From positions 768,001 through 832,000 of the forward strand of contig OZ244042.1 in NCBI GenBank assembly GCA_965215015.1: a stretch of DNA of 64,000 bases. Reading direction: 5' to 3'. This document shows, piece by piece, positions 57,384 to 64,000 of the stretch (position 1 is its first letter; each line of letters opens with the position of its first letter). The stretch comes from Candidatus Poribacteria bacterium. Its GTDB lineage: Bacteria; Poribacteria; WGA-4E; PCPOR2b. The notes under the pieces were generated by a model. That model was not told the DNA's origin. It made no database searches and saw only the letters and a list, made by a program, of their open reading frames with translations. Both the position numbers and the translations under genes were made by a program.

Positions 57384-58451
57384 ATGAAACTCGGTTTCTT
57401 CACAATGCCACTGCATCCGCCGGGCGCGGATTTCACGAAGACCTTGGATCACGACATGGAGCAAGTGGTGACACTGGACAAGTTGGGCTACACGGAGGCG
57501 TGGATTGGTGAGCACTTCACTTTTGAATGGGAAAATATTCCATCCCCTGAGCTCTTCATCGCAAATGCTTTGGGGTTGACCAAAAACATCGTCTTCGGCA
57601 CGGGTGTCACATGTATGCCCATCCACAACCCGGCTGCCGTTGCCCATCGGATCGCTCAACTTGACCATCTCGCGCACGGACGTTTCTATTGGGGCGTCGG
57701 TTCTAGTGCCATACCGGGGGACTGCGAGATGTTTGGATTCGCCGCGGACGGTGACCGGCGAAAGGCAACACGAGAAGGGATCGAGGCGGTGCTACAAATT
57801 TGGGAGGACCCCAAACCGGGCCTATATGAAACCGAGTACTGGCGTTATAAGATTCCTGAACCGGTGGAAGATATCGGCTTAAAGGTTCACATCAAGCCGT
57901 ATCAGAAGCCGCACCCGCCTATCGCGATGGGAGGCGTTTCACCCAGATCGGATACGCTGATATTGGCAGGCGAGCGGGGTTGGATTCCGATGAGCCTCAA
58001 TCTGATACCTGTAGAGGTCATCCAGACACACTGGGAAGCTGTGGAAGAAGGCGCGCAGAAAGCGGGGCGTACTCCAGATCGGTCAATATGGCGTATCGCC
58101 CGAGAGATTTATATCGCAGACACCACCGAGCAGGCACGTCAGGAGGCACTAGCGGGAGTCCTCGCACGCGACTTCAATGAATACTGGTTCAAACTCCTAC
58201 CTAAAGAACGATTCAAGAGAGATCCCAATATGCCCAACGATGCAGTAACAGTCGAGTGGCTACTCGACAACCTCTGGATTGTCGGAAGTCCCGACGATGT
58301 CGCCAATCAATTGCGTCAATTATACGAGGACGTGGGGGGGTTTGGCGTACTCTTGGCGATGGGGCACGAATGGGACCCCAAGGAGAAGTGGATCAATTCT
58401 ATGACACTACTTATTAACGAGGTGATACCCAAATTGGCAGACCTGACATAG
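57384..58451 (+). CDS. LLM-class (luciferase-like) flavin-dependent oxidoreductase
   Basis: MKLGFFTMP, LGYTEAWIGEH, AQLDHLAHGRF, KPYQKPHPP, IVGSPDDV. Confidence 0.92.
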   Translation: MKLGFFTMPLHPPGADFTKTLDHDMEQVVTLDKLGYTEAWIGEHFTFEWENIPSPELFIANALGLTKNIVFGTGVTCMPIHNPAAVAHRIAQLDHLAHGRFYWGVGSSAIPGDCEMFGFAADGDRRKATREGIEAVLQIWEDPKPGLYETEYWRYKIPEPVEDIGLKVHIKPYQKPHPPIAMGGVSPRSDTLILAGERGWIPMSLNLIPVEVIQTHWEAVEEGAQKAGRTPDRSIWRIAREIYIADTTEQARQEALAGVLARDFNEYWFKLLPKERFKRDPNMPNDAVTVEWLLDNLWIVGSPDDVANQLRQLYEDVGGFGVLLAMGHEWDPKEKWINSMTLLINEVIPKLADLT

Positions 58452-58481
58452 GCCACGATCGGGGCTTTCAGGAGGTAGGAT

Positions 58482-59246
58482 ATGCGTTTAAAGGACAAAG
58501 TAGCACTGGTTACAGGTGGCGGTTCCGGCATTGGACACGCGACATCGGTGCTATTCGCTGGACAGGGAGCGAAAGTGATTGTCTCCGATTTGAACGAGGC
58601 GAACGCGCTCGAAACTGTTGCGAAAATAAAAGCTGGGGAAGGTGATGCCACCGCTCTCACGGGAGATGTATCGAAGAACACCGATGCTGAGGCGATGGTG
58701 AAAGGTGCGGTAGAGACTTATGGCAGTCTAGATGTTGTGGTCAACTGCGCCGGGGTTATCGCCGGTAAAGCACTCCCGAAAGGCGCGTCTCCTGAGGAGG
58801 TATGGGATCGTGTGATGGACGTTAACCTGAAGGGTACCTATTTGGTAACGTGGTATGCGGTGCGGACGATGGAACAATCTGATGGCGGTTCGATAATCAA
58901 CATTGCCTCCATCAACGGACTGGTAGGCTATCCGATTGGCCTCGGCGGCGGCTTCGACGCATATGTTCCCTCAAAGGGAGGCGTGGTTCAGTTCACCAAA
59001 AACTTGGCTATCGACTACGGCAAGAAGAACATCCGTGTGAATTGCATCTGCCCCGGGCACATAGACACCAATCTAATCCGCGAGTTTGTCCAAGAACAGC
59101 GTGAATGGTTGGAGCAGCGTTATCCAATGGGGCGGATTGGCCGTCCCGAAGAGATTGCTTACGCGGCACTCTTTCTAGCGTCGGATGAATCCTCTTTTGT
59201 GACGGGGGCTCCGCTTATTGTCGATGGCGGGTATACAGCGCAGTAG
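58482..59246 (+). CDS. Short-chain dehydrogenase/reductase
   Basis: TGGGSGIG, NCAG, YVPSK, NIRVNCICPG, VDGG. Confidence 0.93.
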   Translation: MRLKDKVALVTGGGSGIGHATSVLFAGQGAKVIVSDLNEANALETVAKIKAGEGDATALTGDVSKNTDAEAMVKGAVETYGSLDVVVNCAGVIAGKALPKGASPEEVWDRVMDVNLKGTYLVTWYAVRTMEQSDGGSIINIASINGLVGYPIGLGGGFDAYVPSKGGVVQFTKNLAIDYGKKNIRVNCICPGHIDTNLIREFVQEQREWLEQRYPMGRIGRPEEIAYAALFLASDESSFVTGAPLIVDGGYTAQ

Positions 59247-59401
59247 ATCGGACTTATCGATCGAGGAGATATAAGGGAAGACTTAGGAATGGGGAAATCT
59301 TTCTTAGGTAGATCCTTAATAGAGCCCGGCTTTTGTTGTCTTTTTTTTATTCATTCGTGATAGCATTTCCGCTAGCGTTGTGATTCGACTAAGAACTTTA
59401 G

Positions 59402-59744
59402 TTAGTAATCTCCCCAGCACTGAATCTTATTGCTTTCAGGATCTGAAATATCGAAACACCCTAATCCAGCCTCATTTTTTGACGGTTTCAACCGCAACCC
59501 CTTCGCTTTGAGAGCATCAGGAACGGCTTTTACGCTCTTGACGTGAAAGACAATCTTTTGTCTGCCGCCGTTAGGTTTGCCTGAACCATGAAGACAGAGT
59601 TTACACTGCCCTGTGTTAAAGCGGAAAAAGCTATCAACCGGAAACGGTTGTTTTCCGTCGGGATGTAAGCCGACAATATTCTTAATAAAATGCGGTAATA
59701 GCCTCCATGTCTTTGGCAAAGAGTATAATGCTTCCTATATCCAT
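59402..59744 (-). pseudogene. VOC/glyoxalase family protein with a single-base frameshift (or a sequencing error)
   Basis: RBS-preceded MDIGSIILFAKDMEAITAFY* continues, after removing one T near 59685, as KNIVGLHPDG...LCLH...KIVFHV...DPESNKIQ. Confidence 0.7.
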
Positions 59745-59931
59745 GAGATTGCTCCTATAATGTAACGTTAGTTGAAGTATATACGCGTAATTTAGGTGCG
59801 CGCCATGCTATAGCCGATGACTCACTTCATTGAAATCGGGGTTTTCAACTTAAAAGAAGATTAACATCAGCAAAACACGCTATAATACATCGAAAAACAC
59901 TTGTCAACAAAAAAGAGGCCCGATCCAAGTC

Positions 59932-60132
59932 AAGACTTACGCGGTTGAACGCTCGAAGCCTTGTAATTCGGCGATGAATCAGGCAGCTACAGTTAATCCC
60001 ATAGTAGTAGGCACACTCCGTCGTGCCATCCTCCCGCAAGCGGGGAGGGGGGGTTACGGCATACGCCGTATGCCTACTACCTTAAAGACGCGGGTTGAAT
60101 TGCGCGACTACAAACTCAAATGCGTAACTCCT
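59932..60132 (+). mobile_element. 201-bp composite MITE, family 1
   Basis: AAGACTTACGCG...TGCGTAACTCCT ends; internal GTAGTAGGCACACTCCGTCGTGCC...GGCATACGCCGTATGCCTACTAC (60004-60080). Confidence 0.75.
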
Positions 60133-60252
60133 CATTCACTTAAATTTTTTGATAACAATCCTTCCTTTGCTGATCAAGGAAGATTGATAAACTATGAGTA
60201 GCCATAGGTCAGCCGTTTGAAAAACAGATGGTAGACCAATAAGGAGAAACCA

Positions 60253-61074
60253 ATGACCGCGCGACCTGATTATGACCTCGATTTAAAACTTGCCGAATTG
60301 AAGATTAACGGTTACGTTACTTTTGAAGACTTGATACCTGTTGAGACAATCGATCGGATACGTAAAGCGTTTCTGCCCCTTCTGGAAGTGGTGAAGACTC
60401 ACAGCAATACGCAAGGCGAAGATGTCAAGGTACGTGGACATACCGATGATCGGCTTGTCGTGGAGGGGTGTCTACAGATTGTCAATCGTTACACAATGTA
60501 TGTTCCTTGGGAACAACCCTTCGCCGACTCCCAGATTTTCGAGAACCCGGTGCTGCTCGCCTTTCTCGACCGGTATTGGGGCACCAGCGACTATCATATT
60601 ACTTGCTACCATTCAAACAACCCGTATCCTGGCAGCGAGTACCAGCGGTGGCATCGAGATGCAGGGATTTCCAAACTAGTCCCTCACGTCGGTTTAGAAG
60701 TTTGTCCCCATTTTGGTATCAAGTTTCCATTGGTCGATACCTATGAAGAAAATGGGAGTTTTGAAATCTTGCCCGCCACCCAATACCTCGCTGATCCAGA
60801 GTTGGAAGATCGTTACGACGAATTGCTGACAAAAGGCGACTTCCCCACAGCACGCCGTCTCGACCTGAAGAAGGGAACGCTATGGATTCAAGACCCACGG
60901 ACACTCCACCGTGGGACCCCCAACCGCGCTGACCACCCCAGACCGGAGTTGGTGATCTGCTATTCCCTTCCTTGGTTCGCGATGCGTAAACCGATTGAGA
61001 TGACCCAGACAGAATTTGACAAACTTTCTAAACGAGGCAAGGAGATGCTCTCTCGGTGCGAGATAATTGAATAA
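60253..61074 (+). CDS. PhyH family Fe(II)/2OG dioxygenase
   Basis: INGYV, QRWHRD, PLVD..ENGSFE, TLHRGTPN..PRP. Confidence 0.88.
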   Translation: MTARPDYDLDLKLAELKINGYVTFEDLIPVETIDRIRKAFLPLLEVVKTHSNTQGEDVKVRGHTDDRLVVEGCLQIVNRYTMYVPWEQPFADSQIFENPVLLAFLDRYWGTSDYHITCYHSNNPYPGSEYQRWHRDAGISKLVPHVGLEVCPHFGIKFPLVDTYEENGSFEILPATQYLADPELEDRYDELLTKGDFPTARRLDLKKGTLWIQDPRTLHRGTPNRADHPRPELVICYSLPWFAMRKPIEMTQTEFDKLSKRGKEMLSRCEIIE

Positions 61075-61139
61075 CGGTGTCAAAGCCGCTTTGGGTGGAA
61101 CACACGTAGAAACTCAACAACCTTTAGGGAGGAAACACA

Positions 61140-61973
61140 ATGAAAACGCTCAACAGTTTAACCCGATTAACCGTGGGAGTCATCGGTCTTGTGCTGATCA
61201 GCAGTTTGATGATGATTGGTATTTATGCACAGGCAGACACAGCGAAAGAACAACTGGAGAAATCGCCGCGGCACGGAGAGTGGGTGAAAATTTCCACAGA
61301 GAGCGGCCGCGAGATCAGTGCCTTTATCGTTTTCCCTGAGATTAAGGAGAATGCGACCTCGGTGATTGTCATCCATGAGATTTTTGGTCTAACAGATTGG
61401 ATCAGGCAGGTCGGTGATGAACTTGCGAAAGCGGGCTTTGTCGCGATCTGTCCCGATTTCCTTTCCGGGATGGCGCCAAATGGAGGCGGCACCGACAGCT
61501 TCGGGGCTGGCGATAATGTCCGACGGGCGATTCGGGACCTAGACCCGGACCAAATCACAACCGACCTCAAAGCGGTGATGAAATACGTCCGTGATCTGCC
61601 CTCGACGACAGATGCAGTCGCTGTGAGTGGATTCTGTTGGGGTGGTAGGCAATCGTTCCGCTTTGCCACCAATGACAATTCATTAAAAGCTGCTTTCGTT
61701 TTCTATGGCAGCCCCCCGGATGCAACGACATTAGGGAAGATTACCTGTCCAGTCTACGGTTTTTACGGTGAGAGTGACAACCGAATCAACTCGACTATTG
61801 AATCAACAAAAGCAGCCGCAAAATCCGCCGGCATCATCTATGAACCATTGGTCTATTCCGGTGTAGGTCACGGTTTCTTGAGACGAGGCATGGCTGCAGA
61901 GGCGAGTGAAGTTCAGAAAACCGCAACCCGTGAAGCGTGGGAACGATGGGTGAATTTGCTAAATAAGCACTAA
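61140..61973 (+). CDS. Exported dienelactone hydrolase family protein
   Basis: Signal peptide, SPRHGEWV, IHEIFGL, GFCWGG, GHGF. Confidence 0.9.
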   Translation: MKTLNSLTRLTVGVIGLVLISSLMMIGIYAQADTAKEQLEKSPRHGEWVKISTESGREISAFIVFPEIKENATSVIVIHEIFGLTDWIRQVGDELAKAGFVAICPDFLSGMAPNGGGTDSFGAGDNVRRAIRDLDPDQITTDLKAVMKYVRDLPSTTDAVAVSGFCWGGRQSFRFATNDNSLKAAFVFYGSPPDATTLGKITCPVYGFYGESDNRINSTIESTKAAAKSAGIIYEPLVYSGVGHGFLRRGMAAEASEVQKTATREAWERWVNLLNKH

Positions 61974-62006
61974 AAAATACAACTTTAACACAGGAGAAAT
62001 TTTTCA

Positions 62007-63347
62007 ATGAAAAGGACAATAACCACCTTTATCTGTTTTTGTGTAATTTCAACTTTTTTGTGGGGGATGGACTCGCAGTCAGATTTCGAGAGATATTGGC
62101 ACCAGTGGCGGGGCCCTGAGGCTTCCGGCGTCGCACCACACGGGGATCCACCCATCGAGTGGAACGAAAACAAAAACATCCGGTGGAAAACTGAGATTCC
62201 GGGTCAAGGACACGCCACCCCAATTGTGTGGGGCGATACCGTTTTTGTTACAACCGCCATCAAGACCGACCAGCAGGTCAAACTAGAGCCGATCGAAGCA
62301 CCACAACAGCGCAGAGGTCGCCGAGGCCGCTCCGCAGCTCCATCATCTATCCACCAGTTTGTAATTTTCGCTATTAACCGTTCTGACGGTAGCATCCGTT
62401 GGCAGCGGACCACCCGTGAAGAAGTGCCGCATGAGGGAACACATCAGACCGGCAGCTGGGCGGCAAATTCCCCGGTCACCGACGGGGAGCATGTTTATGC
62501 CTACTTTGGTTCTCGCGGCCTCTACTGTTATAACATGGAGGGAAATCTCCAGTGGGAGAAAGACTTTGGGGATATGAGCATCAGACGCAGTTTCGGTGAA
62601 GGCAGTTCACCGGTGCTTTATGGTGATACCATCGTTCTTAACTGGGATCACGAAGGGAATTCGTTCATTATCGCGCTGGACAAGCGAACGGGTGAAGAAC
62701 TTTGGAAAGTGGACCGAGATGAAGTCACATCGTGGGCAACGCCAATCGTCGTTGAACACAATGGGAATCATCAAGTGATTATCAATGCAACGCACCGCAC
62801 ACGCGGCTATGATCTGGCGACAGGGGAAATGCTCTGGGAATGCGGTGGTATGACAACCAACACAATTCCATCGCCTGTGACAGCGAACGGCATTGTCTAC
62901 GTCACCAGCGGCTTCCGCGGCAACGCTTTGCAAGCGATTCGTCTCGCCGATGCGGAAGGAGACATTACCCGTACAGCAGCGATCGCCTGGGAGTATGATA
63001 GGGATACCCCGTACGTGCCCTCCCCGCTGCTCTATGACGATACACTCTATTTCCTGAAACACAACAGAGGAATGCTCTCCGCCTTCAACGCCAGTACCGG
63101 TGAGGCTTACTATGGCCCGGAGCGTCTAGAAGGCATATCGGATGTCTATGCCTCACCGGTTGGTGCGGGGAACCGTATCTACATCGCGGATAGAGACGGT
63201 GTTACGCTGGTAATCAAACACGGCTCCACCTTTGAGGTCCTTGCTGAAAATATTCTTGACGATGGTTTCAACGCCTCACCCGCAATCGTAGGCAAGGAGA
63301 TGTTCCTACGTGGGAACAAATCTCTCTACTGCATTGCGTCGGATTAA
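62007..63347 (+). CDS. Secreted PQQ-binding-like beta-propeller repeat protein
   Basis: Signal peptide, WHQWRGP, WKTEIPG, repeated Trp-docking motifs (TGEELW, TGEMLW), ASPAI..LYCI. Confidence 0.88.
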   Translation: MKRTITTFICFCVISTFLWGMDSQSDFERYWHQWRGPEASGVAPHGDPPIEWNENKNIRWKTEIPGQGHATPIVWGDTVFVTTAIKTDQQVKLEPIEAPQQRRGRRGRSAAPSSIHQFVIFAINRSDGSIRWQRTTREEVPHEGTHQTGSWAANSPVTDGEHVYAYFGSRGLYCYNMEGNLQWEKDFGDMSIRRSFGEGSSPVLYGDTIVLNWDHEGNSFIIALDKRTGEELWKVDRDEVTSWATPIVVEHNGNHQVIINATHRTRGYDLATGEMLWECGGMTTNTIPSPVTANGIVYVTSGFRGNALQAIRLADAEGDITRTAAIAWEYDRDTPYVPSPLLYDDTLYFLKHNRGMLSAFNASTGEAYYGPERLEGISDVYASPVGAGNRIYIADRDGVTLVIKHGSTFEVLAENILDDGFNASPAIVGKEMFLRGNKSLYCIASD

Positions 63348-63385
63348 CTTAGCACCCAATATGCTAGAAAGAAAACTAAATAAAA

Positions 63386-64000
63386 ATGTTCGATGATTAT
63401 CGTCCCAATCGATTTGGGCCAGGGCGATCCGCTGTCATGTGCAAACATGGCGCGGTCGCCACAAGTCAACCCCTCGCTGCACAAGCAGGCTTGCAGATCC
63501 TGCGCGATGGTGGAAATGCGATTGACGCTGCCGTTGCTACAGCTGCCATGCTCAACGTTGTTGAACCGATGTCTACGGGGATTGGTGGAGATGTGTTTGC
63601 GTTGGTATATCGTCCTCAAGATGGCGTTATCCGTGGGTTGAACGGAAGTGGACGTGCGCCGTATGCTGCGGACCTTGAATTCTTTACGAAGCAGGGGTTG
63701 ACTAGCATTCCAAGCACAGGGAACCTGTATCCGGTGACCGTTCCCGGCACGGTTGATGGGTGGGCAACAATCCTCGAAGCCTGCGGCACGATGACGTTGA
63801 GCGATGTCCTCAAGCCTGCTATTGAGCACGCAGAGAACGGATTTCCAGTCAGTCCACAGATCAGCCTGGCATGGCAAGAAGCCGTTGGGCTACTTTCGAG
63901 CACGCCTGACGCCGCGAAAACCTACCTGATAAATGGACGCGCTCCCAAACCGGGAGAGGGCTTCTACCAGCCTAATTTTGCAAACACCCTCCGTCTGATT
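63386..64000 (+). CDS. ggt: Gamma-glutamyltransferase, N-terminal part (runs off the right edge)
   Basis: Manual translation: VATSQPLAAQAGLQILRDGGNAIDAAVA, VVEPMSTGIGGD, LNGSGRAP, VTVPGTVDGW, AENGFPVS; the frame stays open to the window end. Confidence 0.92.
   Translation, partial: MFDDYRPNRFGPGRSAVMCKHGAVATSQPLAAQAGLQILRDGGNAIDAAVATAAMLNVVEPMSTGIGGDVFALVYRPQDGVIRGLNGSGRAPYAADLEFFTKQGLTSIPSTGNLYPVTVPGTVDGWATILEACGTMTLSDVLKPAIEHAENGFPVSPQISLAWQEAVGLLSSTPDAAKTYLINGRAPKPGEGFYQPNFANTLRLI

Noticed and set aside
436-60132. CRISPR array suggested by recurring short repeats
   Set aside because: The repeats are dispersed and inverted rather than regularly spaced direct repeats with unique spacers, and there are no cas genes.
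63344-63903. Minus-strand and alternative-frame ORFs at the right edge
   Set aside because: They are shadows of the open ggt frame starting at 63386.

Overview
This is a gene-dense bacterial window with no rRNA, tRNA, CRISPR array or intact transposase that I could see. Its content suggests Candidatus Poribacteria or a similar sponge-associated or marine lineage (inference): five PhyH dioxygenases, a sulfatase, an NHL-repeat protein, two uncharacterised glycosidase-like beta-propellers, an ECF sigma-TPR fusion, and a cohesin-PKD protein ending in a T-x-W-G-x-L-K tail. Housekeeping genes include pyrG, kdsB, hemE-hemH, thiE-thiD, an Fe3+ ABC transporter with a Fur-like box, a uxuA-like gene, a WcaJ-type priming glycosyltransferase, an AcoABC-like dehydrogenase and ggt (partial). 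The most notable observations are: (1) a 1239-aa Omp85-family protein with DUF4097-like and CBM9-like domains before three POTRA domains and the barrel, a candidate carbohydrate-binding type-V-like surface system; (2) at least four unrelated families of miniature inverted-repeat elements (TA, 8-bp and 10-bp target duplications) sharing GTAG-type REP-like cargo, one of which rewrote a sigma factor C-terminus; (3) an HTH/coiled-coil protein ending in a near-copy of the MinD membrane-targeting helix; (4) a ferrochelatase with an N-terminal CC-x5-C-x5-C insert; (5) an active plus catalytically dead esterase pair; and (6) several decayed genes missed or fragmented by the ORF track (LarA-like, GH127, MazG-like, AAA ATPase, VOC). 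All family assignments come from reading motifs by eye, not from database searches.
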